Position numbers and translations under genes: made by a program
Notes under the pieces: generated by a model
What the model saw: the letters and a program-made list of their open reading frames with translations, nothing else
What the model was told of the DNA's origin: nothing
Database searches by the model: none
Shown: piece after piece, positions 1 to 12,597 of the stretch
Layout: each line of letters starts with the position of its first letter
How positions within the stretch are numbered: the stretch's first letter is position 1
Assembly (NCBI GenBank): GCA_002189035.1
Contig: CM007989.1
Coordinates: forward strand, 2,852,001-2,916,000
DNA from: Utricularia gibba
Taxonomy: Eukaryota > Plantae > Magnoliophyta
DNA: 64,000 nt
Direction of reading: 5' to 3'

Positions 1-360
1 CACAATCTTCAACTTCTCCTTCAAATTTTTGTTTTCTTCCCCCACTCTCTTTATCTCCTCCTCCAAAGCTGTCCTCTGCACAAAACAAACCCCAATTCAA
101 TACACAACCACGACACCTGAAGTATTCGGTGCCCTTTACATACCTCTCGTTGATGAGGCAAGTCCAAGATACTTGTAGCCAGCCCCAGAAAACTATCCCC
201 ACTCTCCTCCTTCTGCAACACACAAAAACATCAGCTAAAGCTGCTGAAATCAGACAACCCCACAAAAGGGATGTACCAGTAAGAGAGGCTTCTCATCACG
301 GGTTCTTGTGGGCTTGGAGTTGAGATCCAGAGGAGAAGCTAAAAGGCTTGTGAACTCCAT
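1..360 (-). CDS. WRKY transcription factor, group IIa (WRKY40/18-like), 5' part only; continues off the window
   Basis: ATG at 360. Three exons join in frame by GT-AG: MEFTSLLASPLDLNSKP..LLL / KEESGDSFLGLATSILDLPHQRE / RTALEEEIKRVGEENKNLKEKLKIV. The LDLN motif plus Leu-zipper (LEEELxRVxxEN) is typical of group IIa. The WRKY domain itself lies outside the window. Confidence 0.8.
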
Positions 361-560
361 GAAAACAAAACTATCAGAGATTGGTTTCAGTGGAGACAGA
401 GGGTGATATATAGATAACCCGATCTCTGAGACTAGTGAAGTGATTGAAGACTTCAAATTTGATAGGAGTTTGTCAATTGGCAGATTCCCAGCATCCTATG
501 TGGTAGATCCCATGCGTCAAAACGACTAGTCGCCTCAAGGTAAACTCGTCCTCACGCCTT

Positions 561-1410
561 GGTCAACATGTAAATCCAATGAATCACGACGGAGAATTAA
601 AGGAGTTTCCTGACTTTTCGGCTCCCTGACTTGACACCTTTAGGAAGCATCTCCAGTGAAAGTTCAGTTCACACCTAAAAATCTTGCTAATCTTTCTTTT
701 TTCTTTTTTACCCATTATCATAATTCTTTTTTTTAAAAAAAAAAAGTGCAAACACGAGAATCCGATTTTTTAATTATTCGTTATTATTAATTATTTTTAA
801 AAACAGTTTATAAAATGAATATTGAGTAGAGAGAGTTGCAAGTAAGAAGGGAAAGCAGTCAAAGATTTGGAAAACTTGGAGAGCTGCAGGGTTTTGAACA
901 TGCCTCGGATAAGAAAGTCAAAGTCAAAGATGCCTATTCTTGCCCTAAGAAGGTATGTCATTGATATTCTTCTAGATTTTCTTACATTCATGTTCAAAAT
1001 AAAATCAAGCATATTTTATACTGTAAAAACACCCCCGGGAAAAAAACTGTCTGAAAGTAAGGAATTGCAAGATAAAATTGACCAAGCAGCCTATTTTTTG
1101 GCCGTCGTTAGACCCCTTTTGGACCATGAGTGGTGTTCTACTTTTCAAACATTAGCCAAATCGACGTGGACCTTCCATTTAATGTTGTGACACATTCAAA
1201 TTGCATGATAACCATGAACTTATTTTGTTTTTTTTCCCTATCACGGCATGTTTATGCTGATTTTGATATCCGGAGATAATTTATATATCCTATACGATTT
1301 TACGTTTTTCATGATGGTTAGATATGATATGGAGAGGGAGGACTTGGATTCCATGCCATGAAAAATCCCCACCCTATTTATTATTAGTTAGTAGTATAAT
1401 TAGTAGTCAA
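561..1410. promoter_or_regulatory. W-box (TTGACY) cluster upstream of the WRKY gene
   Basis: GGTCAA 561-566; AGTCAA 857-862, 916-921, 922-927 (tandem) and 1405-1410; TTGACC 1078-1083. Confidence 0.55.
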
Positions 1411-2927
1411 CTACAATAGGAGAAGAAATCAAGAAAGTCGTGTTGATTATTATCAAGGGAGGAGAAGAATCAATTCAACTGCGTGTCAAATTTGGGTTTG
1501 AATATTTTAAAACGCCTTCAAGACACTGATTTACCCCCCATTTTATCCACTGCCCGGATCCCTAAATTCTCCCTTCATTTCTGTGTGATAAACATGGCCC
1601 TAACTGAACTGTAAGAAAAAAGACAAAAGGGAGGCAGAGAATTCAACGAGGCGGGCTTCTTCATCATCACACGTTACGTCGGCTGTCGGCAGTCGACATG
1701 GTGGAAATTTTGAGGACCGCTTCTGGTACGTGGCGAGGTGCACCACCACCGCATTTGAAAATGGAAAGAAACAGGGCACGTGAGGGGATAGGTGTTTGAA
1801 AATTAGTTTCATCCGTCCCGCCGGAATCGGAATAGTGGAGTTGGACGAGGACTGTCGGCGTTGAGCGCCGGTCAATGCGTTCTTTCCCGGGTCGTCACTC
1901 CTCCCCAGTCTCCTTCGCAGCCTGCGCTTTGTCTTCGTCTTTGTCTTTTCCCTCACTACAAACTCGGCACGTGGTGGATGTAATGTGCAAGGGCAAAGGG
2001 CAAAGGGCAAAATGTTAACAATCACCGAGGGCAGCAGTTGTCCGGATGACGTGTCGAAACTTGGACAAGTGAAGTAACAACCCCCAAAATGCGTACACAG
2101 CCCAGTTGTCCAGCGGAATGGAACCCTGAATAAGCCCACGTGTGGTTGATGAATTTGGATTAGAAATATTTATTTAATACACATATTTGGAAATGGTCAC
2201 TTTTCTGAATAAATCTCATCCTGTTTAAAGAAGAGAATAATTGCACTTTTTCCCAAATAGAAATAATAGATAAAGTGCGTAACAGATCCACAATTTCAGG
2301 CAAAAATTGTGGACTCCGTATTTTGACACAGGGTTGTCGTTAGATGTCTGTAACTGCAATGCTTGACTGAATCTTTTCCAATTCAAGGATGAGCACTTGA
2401 GTCTGCAATGCTCAATATGTGTGGGATGATGATCTGCACCAGTGAATTTATCTCTATTTTGAATATGCGCTTCAAATTATGTAAAATATAATTAATTTAA
2501 AATTATTTGAATATAATCGATTTAATAAAATAAATTATATATTATAAAGTTTAATATATTAAATTATTATATAATTTTATGTTATGATATCAATATATTT
2601 ATAAATAAATAAAATTTGTAATTAATTTTTTTTAGTCACTAAAATAAAGTTTGAATAAATTTAATAATTTATGAAGTTAATCATAGAATTTAAATTTTTT
2701 ATTTTATTATAAAACGATTAAAGATTAAATTTTAAAAATTAAACAAAATCACTTTAGTAAATTATGTGAACAGCATGGATATAATTAATTTGATAGAAAA
2801 TAGAAAAAAAAGCCATTTTTTCCATAGAAAATGGATGATTGACAATGAAGTACATGCACAGCCTCCTCAAGCCCAATCCAACTCTACTTGCTAAGAGATT
2901 TTAAACCCACCCTGAAAAAAAACAAAA

Positions 2928-2949
2928 ACACACACACACACACACACAC
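2928..2949. repeat. (AC)11 microsatellite
   Basis: Read directly from the sequence. Confidence 0.95.
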
Positions 2950-3232
2950 TCATGAAATGATTTGTCATTTTTTTAGTATACTATAAAAAAATGATGTTAT
3001 TAACATCAAATATTTAATTTCCATTTTTCCCCGTTTGATTCCTATTTGAGATAAAAGGACACTTGCGGAAGATGATTTTCTGTTATAGAATATGTGAATT
3101 AAAAAAATCAAAATAACATGGCATATTATAATATTCCCCAGATTTTTAAATATGCTTTTAATAACATGTATCCCGTTGGAGCAACATAAGGAGCGGTTCC
3201 AGTTGTATATCTTCTTTCTCGGATTCTCTCCA

Positions 3233-4555
3233 ATGGCGGATCCGTTCGCCGGCGGGCGGAGGGTGATCTTCGACAAGTACGAAATGGGCCGAGTGCTCGG
3301 AAAAGGCACTTTTGCCAAGGTATACTACGCTAGAAACATCCACACTTCCGAGAGCGTCGCCATTAAAGTTATCACCAAGAGCCACCTCAAGAAAGAGGAC
3401 AGTCTCAACGCACAGATCCAACGGGAAATCGCAGTCATGCGCCTGGTTCGTCATCCAAACATCGTGGAAATCAAAGAAGTTATGGCAACCAAGAGGAGAA
3501 TCTTCTTCGTGATGGAGTACGTAAAGGGAGGGGAGCTCTTCGCCAGAGTGGCTCGAGGGAGATTGAAGGAGGAGACGGCTAGAAAGTACTTTCAGCAGCT
3601 TATTAGCGCGGTCGATTTCTGTCATAGCCGCGGTGTGTCGCATCGGGATTTGAAGCTGGAGAATCTGCTTCTGGATGAAAATGACAGTCTGAAGGTATCT
3701 GATTTCGGGTTGTCTGCCCTGCCGGAGCAGTTGCGCAGCGACGGACTGCTGCACACGCAATGTGGGACGCCGGCGTATGTTGCGCCGGAGGTACTCCGGA
3801 ACAAAGGCTACGACGGCGCTAAGGCTGATGTTTGGTCTTGTGGGGTGATTTTGTATGTGCTTCTAGCCGGTTTTCAGCCGTTTTTCGATGAGAATTTGAT
3901 GAAAATGTATACCAGAATCGTCAGAGCCGAGTTCTTGTTCCCGCAGTGGTTTTCTCCGGATGCAAAGAGAGTGATCTCTCGGATGCTGGAACCGGATCCG
4001 GACCTCCGGATTACGATTCAAGGGATCATGAAAACCCCCTGGTTCCGCAGGGGATTCATCCTTCCATTCATCTCTCCCAAGGAAACAGTGAATGATCAAG
4101 AACGGTGCTTGGATCACACAGATGAAGACGTACAGAGTTCCAAATCATCACCTCCTCCACTCTACACCGCGTTCCAGTTCATCTCCTCAATGTCCTCCGG
4201 CTTCGACCTGTCGAATCTGTTCGAGAATTGGAGGAAACCCGGTTCACTATTTACGTCGAAATGCTCCGCCGCGACCGCGATGGCCAAGATAGAAACTCTG
4301 GCAAGGAGCTTGAAGTTCAAGATCGTGTCCAACAAGCATTACAAGTTGAGGATGCAGGGAGCAAAAGAGGGCCGTAAAGGGAAACTAGGAGTCACGGTGG
4401 AGGTCTTCGAAGTGACTCCAGTGGTGGCGGTAGTGGAGTTCTCAAAGTTCTCCGGCGACACTTGGGAATATCGACGCTTCTGCGAGGAAGACGCCCGCCC
4501 CGCGCTGAACGACATCGTCTGGAGTTGGCAGGGTGACCCACACGAAGCCCCCTAG
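3233..4555 (+). CDS. CIPK: Intronless CBL-interacting Ser/Thr kinase (SnRK3/CIPK, CIPK5/25-like)
   Basis: [32 protein letters not shown]; NAF/FISL-like segment [20 protein letters not shown]. Likely start is ATG 3233 (MADPFAGG). Confidence 0.96.
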   Translation: MADPFAGGRRVIFDKYEMGRVLGKGTFAKVYYARNIHTSESVAIKVITKSHLKKEDSLNAQIQREIAVMRLVRHPNIVEIKEVMATKRRIFFVMEYVKGGELFARVARGRLKEETARKYFQQLISAVDFCHSRGVSHRDLKLENLLLDENDSLKVSDFGLSALPEQLRSDGLLHTQCGTPAYVAPEVLRNKGYDGAKADVWSCGVILYVLLAGFQPFFDENLMKMYTRIVRAEFLFPQWFSPDAKRVISRMLEPDPDLRITIQGIMKTPWFRRGFILPFISPKETVNDQERCLDHTDEDVQSSKSSPPPLYTAFQFISSMSSGFDLSNLFENWRKPGSLFTSKCSAATAMAKIETLARSLKFKIVSNKHYKLRMQGAKEGRKGKLGVTVEVFEVTPVVAVVEFSKFSGDTWEYRRFCEEDARPALNDIVWSWQGDPHEAP

Positions 4556-5455
4556 CTTCGCCATGTACATGCACTTTTGATGTTCACTTCACTTCACACT
4601 GTAACATATTATAAGTGAAACGAATATGCCATCATTCCATACAAAACCAAGCTTGATCCTCAAAACACATGTAAATGTGACAGTAGAGAGATAGATCTAA
4701 ATGTAACAACTGACAAAAGAACTTTGGTCCATGTAAAAGCTGCCATGATTGAGGCCAATTATTAAGGCATTTGGACATGCCCCACGACGCTACTCTTCAT
4801 GTTTCAGCTGCTCACATTACTTCACTATCTGCTATTACATCTTTTGTCTGCTTAAATTCTTAAAAAAGAAAGCAAAAAGAGTAATATATCCGCATTAAAA
4901 AATTCAACGACGGAGAGCTATGGAAGGGTCGAAGGCGGGCTCCAGGGTACAGAAACGTGATGTCATGGAAAAAGACGCCTACGGTAAGGAACGTGGAGCA
5001 GCCGCGATGTTGTCTGAACAACCCCAAAAAGACATTTAATTGGTGGGAAGGGAACGAACGAACGGACGCCTCTTTTGGATCCGGTTTTTGATTTTCAGAG
5101 ACGCGAATGTTTGGACAGCAGTCCCATTGCAAGAAAGAGCATGGGCACTTGTTTTCTTATTACAAGTGGTGGTCAATTTCAGTTCTCATGGTGGTGGCAT
5201 GATGATGGGGATGGACCAAACTGCTGTTTTCCAATCATTTAGCTTAATTTCAGGGTGGTATTCAATATTTGAAAAGGAACAAAAGACATACTTGGGAGTT
5301 ATCAATGATTCTCCAGTTTATGGGAGAGTTGCTGCTACAATTTGGGTGTGATAGATGATGATACATACAACATGCAACAGGACACAGATGCCAAGTGGAA
5401 GAGGATTTCAACTTGCAGGACTGGGGAGGGATGGTGGGAGCTGCTGCTGCTGCTG

Positions 5456-8400
5456 TTACAGAAGATCGTCCATTCGCCTTCTCCAGTAGTAAGTTTGGGA
5501 GTCGCATTCCTCGCTGTCGCTCTCGATCTTCCTGCACACGATTCGCAATGCACCGGCACGTTTCTCGGCTTCTTTGAAGCGTTCTTGGGCGAGAACAAGC
5601 TCAGCGTGCCTCTGTTTCATCTCCTTCATGGCTGCAAAGGACAGTAGCCCACACCTTGCCTTGGTTTTGGTTAGTAGGATGGACTTGTCTCTCAGAGCTG
5701 CAACTTTACGGACCTTTGCCAAGTGCTCATGCAACCATGAGACGCTGATTTTGCTGGCTTCCACGTCAAGGATCTCGTTTTCAATGACTTCAAGATCAGG
5801 TAAAAGCTTTTCCAGATCACTGCTTTGTAGTTTCTGAACAATGCCACAGATCACCTCCAGAAGGGATGCTCTCACTGAGGCAGATTTATAGAGGCAGCGG
5901 ATGGTTATATCACCGTATTTTGCAAATATGGCTTCCAGTAGAGGGGCGAGAGAGGCCTTGACTCTGTAGCCATTGACATCGGCCAACCCACCATCATGGG
6001 TGATGGCAAACAGTTTGGAATTCACTGGAGAATCATCGAACTCGAGTTTTGGCACTTTTAGATCCTTCACCCTGGGAAAATGAAAAGCATAGATAGCAAT
6101 AAGAAAGAAAGTCTCCTTAGAGGAGAGTCACTATGAAGTTCAATCATGTAACTTACATGATATGACTTGCAGAGGGAGCGGGAGTCCTGTAGCTAGAAGA
6201 TTCAATCTGTTCAAATCAAGGCAACACAGGTTTTACAAAATGCCATTTCAGTATTTATGAGCTTGATTGAATAACTGCTTCCATCCTTGAGATCAGCAAC
6301 ATTAAGTAACAGACCTTGAGTTTTTTCCCCGTGTGGGAATGCCCATCCATGTCATCATCATAGTACCTAATTTCAAAGAACTGGGTAAAATAACATACGA
6401 AAAATTGTTTATGCTCAAGTGTAAACAATCAAGTTGCAACAAAAAAAAAGGGCATAGAGGAAGATCATTTGCATCTTTCATCATAGTTCAGCCAACAATA
6501 ATGAACTTACGTGTGTGATGCATCCTGATAAGTTTTGTGGGACTGCATATATTGAAAATTGCTAAAGTAGAATATCCAAATCAACATGAAAAACTGGAAA
6601 AAAGGGAAGAAAAAAAAAAGATTCATCTACTTGCTGTGGAGTCCTGCTTTCAGCGGATTCTCCATTCTTTATCAAATCCAGCATCTCTTTGGATCCATCA
6701 GAATAAATAACCTAAAGAGACACGTACACAAACACAATAACCAAACTTGGGCGATATAGCATTTCCATCCAAGTGTATGGATAAAAAATTCAACATCACT
6801 CTCTCAACAAAAGAAACACATAACGAGTTTCAGTAGCTCTGAAGCGCTCCAGCATTTATCGCTTCATTACCACAAAAACCGATGCCTAAAAAAAGGTGTG
6901 AGCACTGACTCTGCCTATGTAAAATATCACAAGATTTGATTCCAAAAAGAGAATATCTTGAAACTAGAAAAAAGTTAAAACGATTACACAGAAAAAGCGC
7001 TGAGGGAATCAGCAAAATAAATGTTTGGCAATCAGGGGAAATTCAATTCTTGGAAGCTCAGCACACGCACAAAAAGTAATCGGCTGCACCGGGAGAATCC
7101 TCCAAGATATCAGAAAAATCCCATCATCAGTACCTGTTATAACTCATCATTTCCCTCATCCCTAAACCCCATATTTTCTAAAATTTATAATTTCCAGAAA
7201 GGGAAAAAAAAAAAAAAACTCCAAACTGTGTTGTAAATAGCTCCAGAGGAAACAAAGAGAGTGAAAAAGAAATTATTTTCTAGTATAGACTTACCAAATG
7301 CAATTTAGAAGAACTGTCATACGAAGCAACAACCCCCTCAGACATCCTATTGCAAAAACTTTATGTCACTATAGGAAAAGATAATTCTCAAGATTCAAAA
7401 AATTATCAGAAAAAAAGGATTAAAACTATAATTGACATAAGATTCACATCATAAAGAGGAATGTATCCTTTGAAATCTAAAAATGCTCACGTCTTGGTTT
7501 TCGGCCGGAGAACTTTTACATGACAGCCAATCAAATCGTCAGCATCCTGTATGATGCTACCTTTTTCAGAAATCCTAATAAGGGGAAAAGGTTTCTTAAG
7601 GATTTGAAGAGACATGTAAACTATGTGCTGAAAAAGAAAGCTGTGTGTCTAAAAGGAATGTGTGGCATTTATGCTCCACATTTTATGATGTGCACGCTCC
7701 ATAATGAATTGAGATAAATAGAAACGTAATCCTAACTATGAAGCTCAACTCCATTGTCCTCTCACGATTATTTACCCAACATCTATAATTCATGATGAAC
7801 AAACAGCAATTTTCCAAGGCTTCAGACTGAAGTAGATGTAGGATATACTATGTGGGAGACAATTAAGCTGCATGAAACTTACTTTTGAGTGGAAAGATGA
7901 GAAGTTTCACGTGTTTCTGTGCCCTGTAATGAAACAAAACATTGTTTATGTTCGGTCAAAATTTACCATTGTAAAATAGCCACTGCATCTTTAATTTGAG
8001 GTCCATTTTAGTTTCAAAGTTTATTCAGTTTTTCAATACCCACTCGCAACCAAAATCGGCCAAAATTTTCAGGGAGGTACCACACCAGATCACAACTTTA
8101 AGAGATAAAAAGTGCACCACCACTCAAAGGATCCATACCCTGAATGCCATTGCCGAATTCTTCTCATTTACCAAAACAAACTCCTCGTAGAACCTGAAAA
8201 AGTAAACTTCTTATATAAAATGAAGAGGAATGACCCACAGAATGAAGCCAGAATGCGAACAGAACACGAGTGCTTTATAAAAGACCTCCAACAGATCGGT
8301 TTATACAATGAATAATGGCTAACAATGCCTATTAAAAGCACAACTATGAACAATGATGAGTATATGACGCATGAACGATAAACAGCAGGACTCACGAACT

Positions 8401-8469
8401 GTCTTTTGTAGACCAGGCTTTCACCTTACCGCCTGAGCGCTCTTCATAACTATTGGCACCACTTGCCAT
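5456..8469 (-). CDS. Seven-exon protein: N-terminal Tudor-like domain plus C-terminal PEARLI4 (phospholipase-like)/coiled-coil domain
   Basis: ATG 8469. Exons join in frame: MASGANSYEERSGGKVKAWSTKDS / SMSEGVVASYDSSSKLHL / VIYSDGSKEMLDLIKNG..PQQ / DASHT (14 nt, 6511-6524) / YYDDDMDG..KKLK / IESSSY..HIM / VKDLK..VNGYRVKASLAPLLEAIFAKYGDI..VSWL. The last exon matches the PEARLI4-type motif. Confidence 0.8.
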
Positions 8470-9014
8470 CACAGCAATCTGAAACTTAAAAACGTGGTAG
8501 TCTATTACAACTCCCCCCTCATCTAAATTATGGAATAAATCACATAATCAGACAAAGGGGCAATTTTTCAAACCTTTAACCAGGACCTGCTTGGTCATTA
8601 AGTTTAATGAAAATATGAGGGCATCCTCAACTCCCTAAAAATAAACGCACCAACAGACGCCCCGAAATGACTAATTAGAGCACTCACCAACTCAATAAAA
8701 GACACATTTGATACAACCCCAGTTCTCCTAGATTTTACAAGAATGTTTTCCATAAAAACTAAATAGAACACAAAAACGGTAAAAAAGAAGAAATCTTTAC
8801 TTACGAGTTCGAACTTTATCAACGAACGTGTTCGAACCCGTCGGTGCCCAGTAGTACAACTGCACAAGCAAGCAGACGCACTTGAATTTCGCAATCGCGG
8901 TATATCAAGACTGCTTGAATCACGTTTCACGTTTTAAAAAAAAAAAAAAATGAAGCCCAGCTCAAGGTATGTCCGTGGAAGGCCCATTATAAAAGCCCAG
9001 TCCCACAAGCGAAC

Positions 9015-9117
9015 CACGTGCTGACAAAGCTTCCATTTAGAAGTTGCCACGTCATTATGTGTACACGTGGAAGTATATTACTGGACGTGTTTACCGTGGT
9101 CTGCATACGCCACGTCA
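9015..9117 (+). promoter_or_regulatory. UPR element cluster (CCACGTCA x2, G-box x2) upstream of SDF2
   Basis: CCACGTCA (reverse complement of UPRE TGACGTGG) at 9047-9054 and 9110-9117; CACGTG at 9015-9020 and 9064-9069. Confidence 0.6.
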
Positions 9118-9413
9118 TGTTGCATCTGCTATTTAACCGGCCAGAGGAAGACCCGCACCAGTTTTCAAACCCGATTTGCTTCAAGTTCGGAGACCCGTAT
9201 ACAGCAATCGAAGCTCCAGCCGTGGCTCCCTCCGATCACAAGCATCCTCCAAGCAACCTTTCGCGAAGGAAAACCGCACCGGCGAACGCCTCTTCCTCAG
9301 CCCCTAGGTCGCCGTTTACTCGGATAGTTTACAACAAATCCATTGATCCATCGGATTCGGATCTCGCTCCACCGTTTTGGCAGAGAACTTGGTTTGTAGT
9401 GCTGTTGCTAGCC

Positions 9414-10777
9414 ATGGCGTTCGGGTTCTTTGGCATTGCGATGGTCCTGTTGTTCGCTACGTACTCGGATTACTCCGCCACCCCTGTTTCCGCCGCCTCC
9501 GAAGGTGTTCAGGTGAGTTGATTTAGTTAAATGTATGTATATTATGTATTTATAGTGTGCACGGTGATTTTGCTGAATTGATTCGGAAAAAAACCTTTTT
9601 TTACAGAAAATGTTTTGGTTTAAGCAAATGGAATGTCATATCTTCTGCAGATAACTTATGGTTCAGTTATCAAACTGATGCATGAAAGGACTAAATTCAG
9701 ACTCCACTCACATGATGTTCCTTATGGCTCTGGTAGTGGGCAGCAATCTGTTACTGGTTTTCCAGGTGTTGATGATTCTAATAGCTACTGGGTAATATAA
9801 ACCATTGCAACTTCTCCAAATAGTTCCTTCTTTCTTGTATTTGTTTCAGCAGTGAGGAGGGTTTTGATTGGCGTTCTAACATCATGACAGATTGTTCAGC
9901 CTATACCTGATACGTCTGCAAAGCAAGGAGACATTATCAGAAGTAGTGAACTTGTTAGATTGCAGCATATGAGAACTAGAAAGTGGTTGCATAGCCATTT
10001 GCACGCTTCCCCATATCTGGAAACATGGAGGTTTGTGCTTACTCTTCAAAATGCTGTAAAATCATATATTTAATTATGTTTCTCTTTATACGATTGACCT
10101 GCCAGTAGCATAGTTTGATATGTTTGTCAGAGCAACTAGACACGGTTCTGAAAATAAAATTCTCCAGAATGCTGCAAGGAATGTGTTCCATTTTATTTCT
10201 CGCGATAATGACTATGCAGTCTTAGAATGCCAAGTTCGATGTGTTGCTAGGCTTATCTTTTGTATATGCTTAGGGATTTGTAGCTTAACTCATTTGAAAC
10301 AAAATCAACAGGTGAGTTGCTTTGGTGGGGAGGGAGAGTCTGATACTGGGGATTATTGGAGGTGAGGCGTTTGATTTTTAACCGACTCTTCATGATTCAT
10401 GAAGCACATAATGTGGTGGGGTGGCGATTTTTACATCTTCACTTTATGTAGAGTTGAAATAGAGGGAAATGGAAAGACCTGGAGGCAGGACCAACGGATC
10501 AGACTCCAGCATGTAGACACAGGTGGATACCTTCACAGTCATGACAAGAAGTACACCCGTATAGCTGGTGGCCAGCAAGAGGTAATCTCCACATAGATTA
10601 CTCTTCTACTCAACCTTTGTCCATAGAACCAAGGAATGTCTCTGGAGCCCTTACATCTAATATGAGCTTTTCTCGCGTTTCCCATTCCTCAAGGTCTGCG
10701 GTGTTCGTGAAAAGAAGGCTGATAACATTTGGCTAGCAGCGGAGGGCGTTTACCTTCCAGTAAAGGAAAGCAAGTGA
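9414..10777 (+). CDS. SDF2: Stromal cell-derived factor 2-like (MIR domains, ER quality control); apparent 1-nt frameshift at ~10009-10012
   Basis: Signal peptide MAFGFFGIAMVLLF; ITYGSVIKLMHERTKFRLHSHDVPYGSGSGQQSVT, WLHSHLHASP, VSCFGGEGESDTGDYWR, LHSHDKKYTRIAGGQQEV; 6 exons; stop TGA 10775-10777. Confidence 0.93.
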
Positions 10778-11674
10778 TGCAGAAGTCAATGGTTTGAGCA
10801 TGCAGAAGTTTAGATGTTTTTGATCCCAAGCATCCAGACTCAACTTGTTATGCATAGATTCTTAATCAAATTGTCACTTAACAACACTTGAGTGTTGAAG
10901 TTCCTTTCACTGTCCTCTGTCATCTCAGCCATTCATACTCCTGATTAAGGTGGGGGAGTCCGCCCCCCTGCCTGCCCATGCCCATCATTCTCATCTGCGC
11001 ATGGGATGGGATGGCTCTGTTCTATGCATTCCAGACTCATGAACTCAGACACCAACAGCACTTCCCAGTAAGCAAGCACTAACATCATTGTCTGTTTTCA
11101 TGAAAAATAAATGATTAATTAATTACGAGTAAAATGGTAATTGGAATTTTTTGACGTGAAACATGACGTCCCAACCGCGTCCAGGCATTCATTAGCTGAT
11201 CGGCTCATCGACAACTCTGAACAGTTACGTCCCAATCAAAACTTTAATTGTGATTGGAATTTCAAATTTTTAATTTTATTTCTTTCTTTAATTTCCCAGT
11301 TAATTAACTGTTGTAATCAGCCAATTAACGGGGTAAAAATAAATTAATTAAGAGATGACCACCATCTTCATCCACTAAAAAGGAACACACATCTCAGGTT
11401 AAGAACTCCATATTCATACACTTTTATTTTTGTTTGTCTAAAAAAAAAGAAAAATATTCTCACAATATTTTCAGTGTTGGGGTGTACGGAAGGAATAGTT
11501 AACTGGTGATTGAGATGCTAATCTTAATTTATTTGTGTTAATTAGGAGGTGGTTTGTAACTGTAAAATCGCCTCCCATCTTTTGGTTACGCTGCTGCATT
11601 TATACTCAAAATCAAAAACTTTCCCTTCACTATTAAAGCCCCATATTTTCAAACTCCACCAACATCAACCATAC

Positions 11675-12327
11675 ATGGAGATGGAGCCACAGCAGTGCAC
11701 TGATTCCCAGAGCTCAACCACCGATTCAACGGACAGACCGGAGGAGACGAGGAATCCCAATCTCGTCCTGGGGCTGCGCCTCCCGGAGAGCCAGGAACTC
11801 AGCCTCTTCGGGACGTCTCCGCCGCCGCAGCTTCCGCCGGAGAGTAATAGGGTTTTCTCATGCAACTACTGCAACAGGAAGTTCTACAGTTCGCAGGCTC
11901 TTGGTGGCCATCAAAATGCACACAAACGGGAACGCACCGTGGCGAGGCGAGGCGAACGGCTCAACGCCGCCGGCCTTGCTCCGGTGCCGGCGGCACGCGG
12001 TGGTTATGGCTACCCTACTTTCGCTTCACTACCGCTGCATGGATCCTACAACAGATCTCTGGGAATTCAAGTCCACTCCATGATCCATAAAACCGGGTAC
12101 TTGGCTTCCTCATCATCCAGTTACACCATCAAGGGGTACTGTCACCCGAACCCCCCGCTGCGGCGGAGGACCACCGTGGTGGCCGGAGAGCGGGGACCGG
12201 AGATATCAGATGGGAGCCTCCTGCAGGTACAAAGGGATCCAATGGGATGGGATGCATAAAACTGAATAGCTCCTCCCATCTCAGCAATGCCCATCAAGAG
12301 GAGCTTGATTTGTCGCTCAAGCTTTGA
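11675..12327 (+). CDS. Single C2H2 zinc-finger protein (ZFP1/3/4/7 type); the C-terminal EAR motif lies in a different frame from the finger
   Basis: [27 protein letters not shown] and [12 protein letters not shown] in one frame; [10 protein letters not shown] (stop 12325-12327) in another frame that is open from 12091. Confidence 0.9.
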
Positions 12328-12359
12328 ATGAATCGTTGCATTGCCTTTCTCGTCTTTTA

Positions 12360-12576
12360 ATCTTATTTAGGGTTTTGATACTATGATCGTCCATTACTTA
12401 CGAATAAAAACCATTCTCTTCATAGGGTATGGCAATAAAGACAGTGAGAACCGGGAAAGATCATTAACCACTTAATCACCCAATTAGGAAGACTCCATTT
12501 CAAACTCAAATATCACACCGCGATCCCTCCTTCAAGGCAATCATCATATTAAAAACCCTAAATAAATGTGTCAAGT
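12360..12576 (-). ncRNA. Candidate USE/TATA-driven small non-coding RNA (snoRNA/snRNA-like, unidentified)
   Basis: Lies downstream of an exact USE and a TATA-like box. 14-bp terminal inverted repeat, ATGATGA box C at 12541-12547, 12-nt complement of the 18S 3' end at 12454-12465. No canonical box D and no match to the U1-U6/U11/U12/U3 sequences I recall. Confidence 0.3.
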
Positions 12577-12597
12577 CAGAGCACCGCTTCTACGACC

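Noticed and set aside
1600-2139. 179-aa minus ORF and other long ORFs antisense to real CDSs (e.g. 3158-3760, 34541-34963, 32158-32868)
   Set aside because: Shadow frames of GC-rich coding or promoter DNA with no protein motifs.
7996-8395. Short ORFs inside the first coding intron of the Tudor/PEARLI4 gene (possible LINE fragment)
   Set aside because: No RT, endonuclease or RNase H motif recognised.
12363-12565. Telomerase RNA (USE promoter plus AAACCCTAAA template-like string) or a MITE with 14-bp TIRs
   Set aside because: On the USE strand the C-rich string is ~200 nt from the start and locked in the terminal stem, and the spacing is Pol II-like. No TSD flanks the inverted repeat.
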